Virus record (IMG/VR): IMGVR_UViG_3300028591_000100
Location: 32,001-96,000 of that record
Origin: a virus
Taxonomy: Duplodnaviria > Caudoviricetes
Length of the DNA stretch: 64,000 nt
Direction: 5' to 3' (one strand)
Shown here in pieces: positions 36,030 through 46,495 of the stretch (position 1 is the first letter of the stretch; the number at the start of each line of letters is the position of its first letter). A program made the translations under genes and the position numbers. The notes beneath the pieces were generated by a model. It ran no database searches. It saw nothing but the letters and a program-made list of their open reading frames with translations, and had not been told where the DNA came from.

Positions 36030-39000
36030 CTATTTTTTAGTTCTGGTAAATCTAATTTCTAAAGAGCCATCTAAATTGACGCCCTCAATTAAGCCTACAC
36101 TGCGATAATATGTGTCGACTTTATAGTTTTTAGCAATAAACGTGTCTTCTCTACGTGTTCCATAAATTAATAATTTATTACCACGCTTAAACCAAGAATC
36201 GTCTATTACTCGTTTCTTTTTTGTTTTTGCATCTATTTCACTAATTTTCTTATTAAACTTAATATAGTTATCACCATAGAATTTAACATCTACAACACCA
36301 TATTTAGTTAAAATAGAAATAGTGTGTTTTGCATTAATAACATTAATGACAGTTCCTGCGATAGCCTTAATATCTTTTGGTGAAGAATTTTCAGATAAGC
36401 TATTAAAATCCACAACCCCATACATAGAGTCACACATCTTTTCTAATTCATGTCCACTATAGTAGAAGTTCATAGTATCCATTTCCCATTTTGATAAAGT
36501 GCCACCGCAATACTTTGCTCTTAGCTCATTTATAAATTCTTGCTTTAATAACTCATTGTATGCCCGAACACCATTTTCAGAATTAAACCACGTCATCAAA
36601 GGTGACATAAGCTGGTCAATTACTCGTTTTAACGCTGTCATTTTAATTGCAACCGCGTTATTTGGTAAGGATGTATATTCGTCTTTATCTAAATTTAATC
36701 TATCTCTAATATATATATTAAAGAATTTAATACATGCTTCATCGTCAATAATATATCTCTTTGATGTAGATTGTTTATCTACACAATTAGCATCTAAATA
36801 TGTTTTATACTTATAAGCACGAACGCTGTCCATGTATACACTAAGTTCAGGCATTTTTAAACTAATAGCCTTTTTAAGCTGAACAGTGGTTAGTTTTTCC
36901 TTAATAGGATTTTCTTTGCTTGCTAAATATTGTAGGAAGTTTTCCATGATGACAATTCTTTTCTTGTTTTCTAAAGCATCAAAACAACCAGCTTTTATTA
37001 AACCAATCATTTGTGCAGTAGTTGGCTGAATACGCTCATAGAAATCTAACATACTAGAATAAGGTCTACCAGCAATGATTTTATCAAACAACTCATCACT
37101 AACAACTGTAACAGCTTGTAAACTATAGAAAATAGCATTGTTCGCGATATCAGGAATAAAGTCTGCTTGAGTTTTATTGATATCAGGTAACTCTACCTTG
37201 ACTCCTGTCATTTGCATTTCAGAAATAGCCTTACTAATTTTACCATAGTTTGGCGCTACCTTTTTAGCTTTCTTTTCCTCTGTTCCCTCTTCTTCTAAAG
37301 CTTCTTCGGTATCCTCAACTTCTTCTTCATCTTCCCCAATATCACCAACATAATTGCCTGAGTTAACACACAAACAGGCACATTGCCAATAAAGTGGATT
37401 CCAACGAGTTGCTAGATTAGCTTCTTGCACCGCAACAACTGAATAAGGAACTGTATGGTTAATTGAGAATGAGTAGCCAAGTTGTGGTTCAATACAATAA
37501 ACCCAAACATAATTTAAAAATTCTTCACGAGTTCCACACTTATTTCCCTTTTCAAAGAAATCTTTTTTAAGTTGAATAATTTTAGCAGCTATCTTTTTAG
37601 CTATGGCTTTACGTGCGGCATTAGCTTCACCTAAAGTAAATGCACAAATTTCAGGGTCCATTAGAATTTGCATCAAAATTTCTTGTGAACCAGATACGCC
37701 ATAACTATCAACTAAATATTTTTCTAAGATATTAACCTCATGTTGATCTAAACCTTCATCGGCCATTTCTAGATACCATTGGTTAATATCATTTCTAAAT
37801 CTAACATATCTATCAATAGGTTGTTCACCAGACTCAGACTGTAATCTCATGATAGAATTTACTTCGGCTAATTGTCGAACATTTTCAGGTCTGGCTTTCT
37901 TCATAGCAACCGCACCGACAGGTGAATCCATTTGGAATAGGTTAGGAATAGAACCATCAGACATTCTTTCCCACATGATTGGATTATTGTATTCAAGAAA
38001 GTCTGGATGTAAGTATTTATTGTATGTTTGACGTAAGTTACCTTGCCACTCAATCTCGCCATCTTTTAATAATAAATCTAAACACTTAGCAATTTTAGAC
38101 TGAGCATCTGTACGCAGTACGTCCATTTTAAGAGCACCCATATCGTCTGAATCATGCATAGAAAATGCTGTCATCTTAGTTCCATTTGGTGCTCTCATTA
38201 AACTATTCTGAGGTAGATAACCATCATTAAATACATATAAAGCACTTGCATGAATACTTGCGTTTGTAGGTAAACCTTCAATTTTTTGTACAGCCTCAAA
38301 TAGGCCTGGGTATAATCTTAACTTAGCTTCAAAATCTTTAACAGGCTCGAAACCTTTTTCCTCATCACCATTTAAACATTCACTTAATGTATAAGTGTGT
38401 CCTCTATGTGCGGGAACCATTGCAGCTAAGGCTTGCATGTCATCATTATTGTAACCCAAACCACGTCCACAACTTAGTATTGCAGATTTTAAAGACTCTG
38501 TTTTGAAAGTCGCGCAATTTAATACATGGTCATCACCATATTCGCCCCTTAAAATGCTGATAATTTCAGCAGTCTTTTCTGGTTGGAAATCACTGTCCAC
38601 ATCAGGGAGCTCTACTCTTTCCTTATTTAAGAATCTCCACTCTTTTAAACCATACACAAATGGATCAATTTGAGTGATACCAATTAAATAGTTGATATAG
38701 AAACCTGTGCTTGAACCACGGCCTGGAGCTACCAAACTAGCCTGCCATGCAAGATTAATAATATTAACAGTTAAGTTTAAGTAAGCTGATAATTTTTGAT
38801 TTAAACGCTCGCTAATATATTCAAGGATATCTAATTCCCTTTCGATACGTTCACGCTTAACATCATCCATTTTCACTTTCTTTTCATGTATACCCTGTTC
38901 AATTTGATACATTAAGTATCTGTCTTGTTCATCATCACTATCATAGAACTTGTTAGTGATAGGATATTTACTATCACCGTAAAGTTCTTTAGTAAGTGTA

Positions 39001-39920
39001 AAATCAGGGATGTGAATTTTAGGAACTATTGTTCCATGTCTGAAGTCATATTCTTGAAATTTTTGACCAATAATAGCTGTGTTATTGATAGCTTCAAGTG
39101 CCTCGTCTTTTGTGATACCTTGTCCATTTAAAGTTAAGATATCTATCATTTCCTCTTCAGACATTATATATGTATATTTATAGAACTTTTCAGTTTCACG
39201 ATCTGTTGTTTGTTTACTATTTAAAAAAGCAGAGTGAATTTTAAAGTCTTCTTTGTCTAAATAATGGCTATCGGTTGTCACAATAAATGGTAAATTATAG
39301 TGACGAGCCAATTTAATTAAAGTTTTATTAACTATTACTTGTTCCTCATTATCAGATGGCTGCAATTCAAGGGCAAAATCGCCTTCTCCGAACGTTTTTA
39401 TACACCACCTGATAAAACTATTAGCCTCAGCTACATTATGCTCTAAAATCAAATAAGGAAGGCGTCCTCCAATACATGCCGTGCTTGCAAAAACGTGTCC
39501 TGGATTCTTACCAATAACCTCCTCTATTTTTTGATAGGTTGTAGGAACTCTAACTTGTCCTCTTTCCACATAAGAGTTCTCCCATGCAAAACTTGAAAGT
39601 TCTCTTAGTTGGTCCCAACCATCTTTATCTTTAGCTAATAAAATAAAGTGATAGTATTTATTTGTGTTTTTAATTTCTGTTTCATCAATTAAATATATCT
39701 CATTACCAAAAATGATTTTAAAATCTGGATGAGATTCTTTAATCTTATCTCTTTCTTTGATAATTTCAACCGCAGCAGACAATGACTCATGATCAGTGAA
39801 CGCGATACCACCAAAATCAAGGTCAATAGCTTTTTTTATCATTGAGCTTGGACGGTTGATACTATCCAAAAAACGAATATTGGATGAATAAGTATGATTA
39901 TGGTATGAAAAATAACTCAT
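36030..39920 (-). CDS. dnaE: DNA polymerase III alpha subunit (family C, DnaE-type, with PHP domain)
   Basis: HNHT, FTDH, TDSHY, PGRGS, LPDVDSD, HAS, KMDVL, YSFSINH. Confidence 0.95.
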   Translation of the reverse strand: MSYFSYHNHTYSSNIRFLDSINRPSSMIKKAIDLDFGGIAFTDHESLSAAVEIIKERDKIKESHPDFKIIFGNEIYLIDETEIKNTNKYYHFILLAKDKDGWDQLRELSSFAWENSYVERGQVRVPTTYQKIEEVIGKNPGHVFASTACIGGRLPYLILEHNVAEANSFIRWCIKTFGEGDFALELQPSDNEEQVIVNKTLIKLARHYNLPFIVTTDSHYLDKEDFKIHSAFLNSKQTTDRETEKFYKYTYIMSEEEMIDILTLNGQGITKDEALEAINNTAIIGQKFQEYDFRHGTIVPKIHIPDFTLTKELYGDSKYPITNKFYDSDDEQDRYLMYQIEQGIHEKKVKMDDVKRERIERELDILEYISERLNQKLSAYLNLTVNIINLAWQASLVAPGRGSSTGFYINYLIGITQIDPFVYGLKEWRFLNKERVELPDVDSDFQPEKTAEIISILRGEYGDDHVLNCATFKTESLKSAILSCGRGLGYNNDDMQALAAMVPAHRGHTYTLSECLNGDEEKGFEPVKDFEAKLRLYPGLFEAVQKIEGLPTNASIHASALYVFNDGYLPQNSLMRAPNGTKMTAFSMHDSDDMGALKMDVLRTDAQSKIAKCLDLLLKDGEIEWQGNLRQTYNKYLHPDFLEYNNPIMWERMSDGSIPNLFQMDSPVGAVAMKKARPENVRQLAEVNSIMRLQSESGEQPIDRYVRFRNDINQWYLEMADEGLDQHEVNILEKYLVDSYGVSGSQEILMQILMDPEICAFTLGEANAARKAIAKKIAAKIIQLKKDFFEKGNKCGTREEFLNYVWVYCIEPQLGYSFSINHTVPYSVVAVQEANLATRWNPLYWQCACLCVNSGNYVGDIGEDEEEVEDTEEALEEEGTEEKKAKKVAPNYGKISKAISEMQMTGVKVELPDINKTQADFIPDIANNAIFYSLQAVTVVSDELFDKIIAGRPYSSMLDFYERIQPTTAQMIGLIKAGCFDALENKKRIVIMENFLQYLASKENPIKEKLTTVQLKKAISLKMPELSVYMDSVRAYKYKTYLDANCVDKQSTSKRYIIDDEACIKFFNIYIRDRLNLDKDEYTSLPNNAVAIKMTALKRVIDQLMSPLMTWFNSENGVRAYNELLKQEFINELRAKYCGGTLSKWEMDTMNFYYSGHELEKMCDSMYGVVDFNSLSENSSPKDIKAIAGTVINVINAKHTISILTKYGVVDVKFYGDNYIKFNKKISEIDAKTKKKRVIDDSWFKRGNKLLIYGTRREDTFIAKNYKVDTYYRSVGLIEGVNLDGSLEIRFTRTKK

Positions 39921-39939
39921 ATAAATACCACCTTTCGTA

Positions 39940-39970
39940 TATATTATAGCAGAAAATAAAATATAATCAA
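39940..39970 (-). promoter_or_regulatory. phage conserved promoter for dnaE (TTGATT-N16-TATAAT)
   Basis: matches the 10-copy motif. Confidence 0.75.
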
Positions 39971-39982
39971 GAAAAAAGAAAC

Positions 39983-40001
39983 AAAAACACCCCGTAGGGT
40001 G
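39983..40001 (-). terminator. probable Rho-independent terminator
   Basis: CACCC-CGTA-GGGTG stem with A-rich run on + side. Confidence 0.55.
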
Positions 40002-40012
40002 CTTTAATAGCT

Positions 40013-40034
40013 AAATAAAATCGGGTTTTTATTT
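40013..40034. promoter_or_regulatory. AAATAAAA-N6-TTTTATTT palindromic box
   Basis: one of 5 copies. Confidence 0.6.
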
Positions 40035-40317
40035 ATATTTCTATTTTCCAACTAACAAAGTCTTGTCCGCGTACACGGTTTGTTTTAAAACATAAAAATG
40101 GATATTTTTTATTTATTTTATTTACAAGCTTTTCTAAATGTTCACCCCAAGATTGAACAGCTTGAACTCCACCCGCAGAGAGTTTGATTGACGCATTTAA
40201 TTTTTTCCAATCTTGATGATAATTGGTAATAGTTTGCTTTTTGTTGTTTTTAAGAAGTCGTTTTTTGGTTTTTTCTTTTTTGTTTTTAATTATAGCTAAA
40301 TATTTTTCTTTTTTCAT
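40033..40317 (-). CDS. basic hypothetical protein
   Basis: AAGGG SD; ATGA overlap. Confidence 0.6.
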   Translation of the reverse strand: MKKEKYLAIIKNKKEKTKKRLLKNNKKQTITNYHQDWKKLNASIKLSAGGVQAVQSWGEHLEKLVNKINKKYPFLCFKTNRVRGQDFVSWKIEI

Positions 40318-40571
40318 AATATCATCCCTTCTAATTTTTTCTTTTCCCTATCTATTCTGCGTTGAGTCTGATATATTCGTTCCTTCATATCATCAATATA
40401 AAGACCTAGGGCGTCACTAATAAGTGCACTTTCATTACTCATAAAATAATCGACATCGTATTTCTCGTGTAGTTGTTCCGCCAATTGTAGACTTGTTTTT
40501 TCATCTTCAAGGTGTGATTCCAACCATTCAAGATTAGATTCAATTTGTTCTTTAGTTCTTGTTGTCTTCAT
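40314..40571 (-). CDS. hypothetical coiled-coil protein
   Basis: AGGAG SD; first gene after promoter 40598. Confidence 0.7.
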   Translation of the reverse strand: MKTTRTKEQIESNLEWLESHLEDEKTSLQLAEQLHEKYDVDYFMSNESALISDALGLYIDDMKERIYQTQRRIDREKKKLEGMIL

Positions 40572-40597
40572 AATTATACACTCCTATTATATTCACT

Positions 40598-40628
40598 ATT
40601 ATTATAACAGAAAACAATTCATAGTCAA
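40598..40628 (-). promoter_or_regulatory. phage conserved promoter (TTGACT-N16-TATAAT)
   Basis: matches the 10-copy motif (TTCTGT variant). Confidence 0.75.
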
Positions 40629-40708
40629 GATAGAAAGCAAGACACACCCCGACCGAGGTATGTCTCGGTTCTAAAATGTTTTTAGGAAAAAAAGTAATTT
40701 GCCCAAAA

Positions 40709-41203
40709 TTATTTAATGATTACTCCCTCTCCTGTGTCATCACCATCGTCCACTTCGATTTGTTCAAATGTTCTAAATACAATTTCATTATCTTCTAAGT
40801 CATCATCTTCTGTGGGACAATATTGACTAAAATTCCATACTAAACTAGATTCTACTTTAGAGCTAAGATTTTTAGCGTAATGCTTTTCATGGCCATATTG
40901 ATCATCCTTCCAGAAAACATGATTATCAGCATCTATATCAATAGAATAAATTTTCCATTGGTTTTTAATAAAGTTTTTTAAGTTAATTAAAGTGTTAAAA
41001 TTACAAGCAAGATTATCTAAGGCTGCAATTTGCTTACCTGATTGTTCTTTATATTCTTCTAAATACTTAAGTAAACCTATAGCTTTATAAAAAGATACAT
41101 AACTATAAATTGGAAGATTGTCCTTTTCAGGGTCTTTGTAGTCTTCTAATTCACTTAAATCAAAAGTTAGTTTTACCACATCAGTGTGTACATACTTTTT
41201 CAT
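40709..41203 (-). CDS. hypothetical protein, distant paralog of 26462..26884
   Basis: GAGGTG SD; shared motifs. Confidence 0.75.
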   Translation of the reverse strand: MKKYVHTDVVKLTFDLSELEDYKDPEKDNLPIYSYVSFYKAIGLLKYLEEYKEQSGKQIAALDNLACNFNTLINLKNFIKNQWKIYSIDIDADNHVFWKDDQYGHEKHYAKNLSSKVESSLVWNFSQYCPTEDDDLEDNEIVFRTFEQIEVDDGDDTGEGVIIK

Positions 41204-41218
41204 CCTTTCACCTCTTTT

Positions 41219-42229
41219 CTAAAATTCAAAATCAAATTCATCAGCAATCTTTTTTACTGTGATATTTTTACCATAACGTAATAAGAAGTGTTGTAAAACT
41301 TCTTCATGATGCTCCATACCATCCCACTTAGCAGCTACAGTCTTAACTTTCTCATCAGGAGTCCAAAGACTATAGTAAGGACATAAGTTTTCTGCACCAG
41401 CAGGTTGTTCAGGATTCTGATTACAGTAAGGGCAATAATAACACAAGGCGCCTGGGTTTGGTTCCCAATCTTTATTCTTAATGCCATCTAAAATTGCTGT
41501 TAATTGCTTCATACCTCTTTTAATAAAACCTTTGGTGCCAGCATCTTGCTTTGTACCTAAGAAAGGTAGATCGTATTTACAGCTCATTTTTTCATATGGA
41601 ATATCTAATTCTTCATTCAAACCCATACAATAAATTATAAATTGAAGAGGTGTAGTTAATTCATCCTCTTTAAAAAGTTTTAGTTTAGTTTTAATATCTT
41701 CAATGATATATTCATCTGTAAGTTTATTATAGAATATTCTATCAATATGACCACTAAAAAGGAAACCCTCATAACTGATGGAAAAGTACTTTTCAGCTTC
41801 CCATGGTTCTAAATCTGGATTAGCTTTCAAATAGTCTTCTAAACGATATATGCCTGTAGCCATATAATCTAAAGCACGACTGTAAAATGATTGTCCTAGG
41901 TCATTTGTTTTATAGAATTCCTCTTTATATTTTTCTTTTAAAATGTTGATACCAAAAATACCACCATCAGTATCAAATTTATCTTTTTTAGGAATATTAA
42001 TAGTTTGAAAATCCTGTTTAAGTTTTTCATAATTAACAACCTGTTTATTCTTTAAGGCATTGAAAATTTGTTGCTCACAAAAATGGACTAATGTACCAAA
42101 ATCACTTGCCAAACTTTCACCGAAAAAGAAATTGTTTAATTCATATGTTAAATAATACTTAAAATGGCATTGTTCATAAGTGTTCCCCTTGGAGTACGAC
42201 ATTTTAGGTTGTTTTTTAGTGTAGCTCAC
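41219..42229 (-). CDS. PD-(D/E)XK nuclease, AddB/Cas4-like with Fe-S-type Cys cluster
   Basis: SYS...C, GTLVH, GHIDRI, EDIKT, Q...Y, C-terminal CYYCPYC...C. Confidence 0.85.
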   Translation of the reverse strand: MSYTKKQPKMSYSKGNTYEQCHFKYYLTYELNNFFFGESLASDFGTLVHFCEQQIFNALKNKQVVNYEKLKQDFQTINIPKKDKFDTDGGIFGINILKEKYKEEFYKTNDLGQSFYSRALDYMATGIYRLEDYLKANPDLEPWEAEKYFSISYEGFLFSGHIDRIFYNKLTDEYIIEDIKTKLKLFKEDELTTPLQFIIYCMGLNEELDIPYEKMSCKYDLPFLGTKQDAGTKGFIKRGMKQLTAILDGIKNKDWEPNPGALCYYCPYCNQNPEQPAGAENLCPYYSLWTPDEKVKTVAAKWDGMEHHEEVLQHFLLRYGKNITVKKIADEFDFEF

Positions 42230-43356
42230 GTGCGTTTCCTCCTTTTTTCAATCTTTTGATTATAAGAATATAATCTAATTCTACTATGATAAAGTTGTTC
42301 AAATACTTCTCTACCAGCATCTGTTGGACTCATTTTCTTCTTAGGAAGCAGATGGTTGTAATCCATGATTACAGATACATTAACATAAGGTACTAAAGGC
42401 GCCACTATCTTTAATAGCTTTTGTTCATACTCAATGGTATCTGGGTCACCCTTTTTACCATCAAATTCCCTATCGTATCCTAATATAATTTCTTCTACCC
42501 CTAATGATAGTAGTAAATTCATTTGAGCATTAGTAAAGTTAGAACCGCACGTAGCAACAGCCCAACAGTTCTTTACACCATACATGGTAGCAAGTTGCAT
42601 AACACTCTTTTCTGCTTCAACCACAAAAACCTTGCCTATCTTTCGAATAACATCTTGGTTCTCATAAATACCGAACAGATTTTTACCCAAAGGGTGATTA
42701 TACATTGTGCCCTCTATAAAGACAGGCATGTATTTTTTACCCTCGTCTAATTCTTTCTCATTAAAACTTCTTCCTCTGATACCAATTAAATTACCATTGA
42801 TATCTTTGTGTGGAATTATTATTTTTTCTAATGCTGAATCTACTCTAATATTATAATATCTCATAACTTTTGGTGAGATATGATCGTCTACCCACTCCTG
42901 AGGTGCAGCAAGTGGATAAAAATATTCTAATAGGTTTTCTTGAATAGGGGTTATCACTTCAGGGTCAACTGAAACCTCTTGTGAATAATCCTGTATCTTT
43001 TGGAAGATATCCCAGTCGCTGGTTAGTTCTTCCTCAGGCTCGTCATCAATAAAAACCTCATGTAAATTAAAGAACTTCACTACATAATTATAGGCTTCTT
43101 TAAATGTTTCTAATCCTTTTGCTCTTCTAACTAATTCAAATATGTCATATGAACTATTACATGTGAAACAAAAGAATTTTTTACTATCTGTAAAATAATA
43201 TAATTTTTCACTATCGCCACCATGACAGATAGATGTACTAAATATGGGATTCCCATAACTATCAAATAAGTTTGTTTCATATCCTTGTAAAGAGGAGCAC
43301 AACTTAATTACATCTTCTGTGGTTAGCATATCTTTTACCTTGTTACTGTCTAACAT
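42226..43356 (-). CDS. DNA primase (zinc finger + TOPRIM)
   Basis: CH...CFTC zinc finger, IIIPH...GIRGR, VEAEKS, YDRE; next to helicase. Confidence 0.85.
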   Translation of the reverse strand: MLDSNKVKDMLTTEDVIKLCSSLQGYETNLFDSYGNPIFSTSICHGGDSEKLYYFTDSKKFFCFTCNSSYDIFELVRRAKGLETFKEAYNYVVKFFNLHEVFIDDEPEEELTSDWDIFQKIQDYSQEVSVDPEVITPIQENLLEYFYPLAAPQEWVDDHISPKVMRYYNIRVDSALEKIIIPHKDINGNLIGIRGRSFNEKELDEGKKYMPVFIEGTMYNHPLGKNLFGIYENQDVIRKIGKVFVVEAEKSVMQLATMYGVKNCWAVATCGSNFTNAQMNLLLSLGVEEIILGYDREFDGKKGDPDTIEYEQKLLKIVAPLVPYVNVSVIMDYNHLLPKKKMSPTDAGREVFEQLYHSRIRLYSYNQKIEKRRKRT

Positions 43357-43372
43357 ATACTATCCTCCTCTT

Positions 43373-44974
43373 TTAGAACTCAAAATCAAACTCTTCACCG
43401 CTAGAAGCGCCTGTGGCAGCTTCAAAAGTGTTTTCTTTTGTTTCGTCTAGCATTATTTCAATATTAGTATCTGTAACGGAAATAATAGCGCCTGAGCCAT
43501 CAGTTACAAAACAATCATGCATTTGACATGTAGCACGGTCAAAATACATATATACTTTGATATTTTGATAACTACCTGCACGCACCTTATATACAGACAT
43601 GACAAAATTAGGTGTTAACTCAAAACCTTTAGAAGCAAATGCTTGAATAGCTGCATTATCCTGTTCTCTAACAGGCATTAAAATTGAACCAACATCGACT
43701 TTATCAGCAATACTCTTAGCTGAACGTAAGAAACCAGCATCTAGTTCTTTAGCGTTCTTATAATCTCCTGATAACTGTGATGCTGTCCAAATATAAATAC
43801 CTAATGTCTTAGCGGCATCTTTTAAAGCAGAGGCAAACATTAGTAGTATTTGATCAGTTCTAAGCCCCCGCACTTTTGTTTGACGAGCAGCCCCAGCTGT
43901 CAACTTTAAACTTTCACCTAAATAATCAAAATACACATAATTAACATTGTGTAGTTGTTTATATTTTTTAATGATATTAATTATATCGTCAATATCATAA
44001 TTAGTAACACTAACAAAATATAGGTTAGATTTCTCTATTAAATCAATAGCATGGTCAACACGCTCTTCTTCGCCTGTCATATAACGACCATCTTTGATTT
44101 TACTTTCAGACACACCAGCAACATAAGCCATCCACATTTGTTGACACTCAGATTCTTCTAGCTCGGTTGAAATAACCAATACTGATTCTTGTAGGTTCGT
44201 TTTTACCCATTTTTTATTAACAACATCATAGTATTCTGGAATTGCCAAATGACAAGCCTCTCCGTTAGCTATTCTTGACTTACCCGTACCGCTTGGTGCT
44301 GACTCAATAAACAAACAACCCTTACGCTGTCCTCTGTAAATTGTAGTTAATTTTGGAGACATTAAAGGTAATCCCATGTCAGGCGTTTGTTTAAATTTCT
44401 CTTTTAAAGCACGTAGACCGTCTCCTGCATGATTTTCCACACGATCAACATTACTACCAAATTGCTCTTTTATTAAAATTAATTTAGTTTCCTCTGTTAA
44501 GATAATATCATCAACGCTTAAGCTGTCGAATTTTGCATGCATTTTTGCACTTTCAACAGGGTCAATAATACTATCATCATATAAGTCTGTTGTATCAATA
44601 CCTGCAGAGGTTAATTTATTGATAAGACTATATTTTTTTAATGTATGATAATAATAATCAAATTTCTTTTCATCGTAAATAGCTAGAATGTTTTGTATAT
44701 ATTCAACACCTTTATTGGTTGTAAACACTTGATATTGGACAGCATATTGCTTTAAGAATTGGTCTATATCAATATAGCCAATGGTTTCCATACCATTCTT
44801 AGCTAAATGCTCAATAGCCCCATACAAAATTCTATGGAACTGTTCAGGAAAGTCGTCGATTGAAAAGTTATATTGATTATCTGCAAATAATAATGGGTTT
44901 TTAATTAAAGCAGCTAACACATGTATAACAGCTAATTTATTTGTAGAAACTGTTTTTACATCGTCCTTATTCAA
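43373..44974 (-). CDS. dnaB: DnaB-like replicative helicase
   Basis: SAPSGTGKS Walker A, STEL, FDY, ASQL, ADKVD, KVR. Confidence 0.88.
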   Translation of the reverse strand: MNKDDVKTVSTNKLAVIHVLAALIKNPLLFADNQYNFSIDDFPEQFHRILYGAIEHLAKNGMETIGYIDIDQFLKQYAVQYQVFTTNKGVEYIQNILAIYDEKKFDYYYHTLKKYSLINKLTSAGIDTTDLYDDSIIDPVESAKMHAKFDSLSVDDIILTEETKLILIKEQFGSNVDRVENHAGDGLRALKEKFKQTPDMGLPLMSPKLTTIYRGQRKGCLFIESAPSGTGKSRIANGEACHLAIPEYYDVVNKKWVKTNLQESVLVISTELEESECQQMWMAYVAGVSESKIKDGRYMTGEEERVDHAIDLIEKSNLYFVSVTNYDIDDIINIIKKYKQLHNVNYVYFDYLGESLKLTAGAARQTKVRGLRTDQILLMFASALKDAAKTLGIYIWTASQLSGDYKNAKELDAGFLRSAKSIADKVDVGSILMPVREQDNAAIQAFASKGFELTPNFVMSVYKVRAGSYQNIKVYMYFDRATCQMHDCFVTDGSGAIISVTDTNIEIMLDETKENTFEAATGASSGEEFDFEF

Positions 44975-44992
44975 TTAAACGCACCTCCTGAC

Positions 44993-45487
44993 TTATAAAT
45001 CTTCCATATTGTATGTAAACTTAGGTTTAGACTCTGTATCTAAATCTGATTTGTTTATCTTTATTGTAACTTGTTCGGATTTTATTTCTACATTTTTATT
45101 GGCTTCTAAAATCCTGTCTTGCTCTTGTTTATATTCAATGGCTTCCTTGTAGTATCGACGAATGTTAGCGATAATAAAAGATGGGTCTAAGTCAGCATTA
45201 TTCACCTTATATACATAATAAATAGTATACAAGATATTATCTTCGGTAAACCCATCTTTCACACAACGGTCTATCCCATCAACAATTGACGACGCCAAGG
45301 AGTTTATACTAAATGTTTTCTTCAAATAGTCATAAATTTCCTGTTGTTTCGTCTGCTCTTGCATAATACGGCCAGCTTCGATTTCATGGCAGTCAAAACA
45401 AAAAGTTCTTCCCCTAATAGTATATCGTAAGCCATTTTTTAGAATCTTACCACAACGAGAGCACTTGCCACCACTAGGACTACTCAC
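44993..45487 (-). CDS. zinc-finger protein upstream of helicase (possible loader)
   Basis: CSRC...CFDC; position in replication operon. Confidence 0.65.
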   Translation of the reverse strand: MSSPSGGKCSRCGKILKNGLRYTIRGRTFCFDCHEIEAGRIMQEQTKQQEIYDYLKKTFSINSLASSIVDGIDRCVKDGFTEDNILYTIYYVYKVNNADLDPSFIIANIRRYYKEAIEYKQEQDRILEANKNVEIKSEQVTIKINKSDLDTESKPKFTYNMEDL

Positions 45488-46388
45488 CGTAGCCGCTAGC
45501 GATTAACTTATTACGAATTGCAACAACAGTATCGTAATCTGCTTCTGTAGCAACGTTACACTTGAATGTTGTGCCTCCTGTAACTTCCTTAACAATGTCT
45601 TTATACTTAGCTGCAGAACCTTCTTTAGTTTGAAGTCTCTTTACCATGTTACCGATTTCTCTTATAACAGATGTTAAATCTTCTTTTTCTAATACTTCAC
45701 CTGTTTCAGAATCGACATCAACTGTTGGCTTTTCTTCAACCTTCTTAGTTTCTTTTACTTCTTTAACCTCTTTTTCTGTCTTAGTAGGAGTTTTCTTAGT
45801 CTTAGCAGACTTGTCTTCTACACCAAAATCAAGGTCTTCAGCCGCCGCTAAAGTCCTCTTAGTAGGCTCCATCGTCCACACAACGTTACCTTCTTTAGCA
45901 CTGCGAATTTCTAAGTCAATGATAGTCTTTGTTTTTTCATCATATTTAATTTGTGAAACATACCAGCTGTCCTTTTTATCCTTTAAAACATACTTATCAC
46001 CCTTAGCTGTCTCTACGGTAGGAAGGTCAGCCCAAATTTTTGGAGAAGAATAAAGTTCTCTACCAATACCTAAACGAGAGCATGCTCTCTTGAAAGCGTC
46101 AGAAGCTTCAGCCTTCTTTTCTTGACCATCGTCTTGGTCTGATTCAATACCGCAGTCCCACTTCCAAACGAAAGATTGGTCTTCTTTTTCTCTAATACCA
46201 ACACCGCAGTATAAATTGCCTTTGATCTCGGCATACTGACACTCCCAATTCATTGGGCCTACAGTTTCATCCAAAATCTTAGCATCTGTTCTAGCAGTCT
46301 TATATAAAAGTAATAAAGCACCAGTTTTAATAACTTGTTTTACTTTTACCTCTATATCTTCTGCTTTTAATAATGGGAAATTAATCAT
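45480..46388 (-). CDS. Rad52/Sak-like single-strand annealing protein
   Basis: LLLYKTAR, LDETVG..NW, KWDCG, ASDAFKRA...GIGRELY; AGGAGGT SD before ATG 46388. Confidence 0.8.
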   Translation of the reverse strand: MINFPLLKAEDIEVKVKQVIKTGALLLLYKTARTDAKILDETVGPMNWECQYAEIKGNLYCGVGIREKEDQSFVWKWDCGIESDQDDGQEKKAEASDAFKRACSRLGIGRELYSSPKIWADLPTVETAKGDKYVLKDKKDSWYVSQIKYDEKTKTIIDLEIRSAKEGNVVWTMEPTKRTLAAAEDLDFGVEDKSAKTKKTPTKTEKEVKEVKETKKVEEKPTVDVDSETGEVLEKEDLTSVIREIGNMVKRLQTKEGSAAKYKDIVKEVTGGTTFKCNVATEADYDTVVAIRNKLIASGYGE

Positions 46389-46419
46389 ATGTATATACCT
46401 CCTATTTTCCATATCTACG

Positions 46420-46450
46420 TATATTATAACAGAATTATTCCCAAAGTCAA
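46420..46450 (-). promoter_or_regulatory. phage conserved promoter (TTGACT-N16-TATAAT)
   Basis: matches the 10-copy motif. Confidence 0.8.
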
Positions 46451-46456
46451 TAAAGT

Positions 46457-46478
46457 AAATAAAAATTCTATTTTATTT
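46457..46478. promoter_or_regulatory. AAATAAAA-N6-TTTTATTT palindromic box
   Basis: one of 5 copies; abuts -35 of promoter 46420. Confidence 0.6.
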
Positions 46479-46495
46479 TTATATATATAATAATG

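Noticed and set aside
36030-44974. Inteins or introns in DnaE, primase or helicase
   Set aside because: Lengths are ordinary, and no C...HN splice motifs or LAGLIDADG blocks were seen. The acidic stretch in DnaE is a short low-complexity loop.
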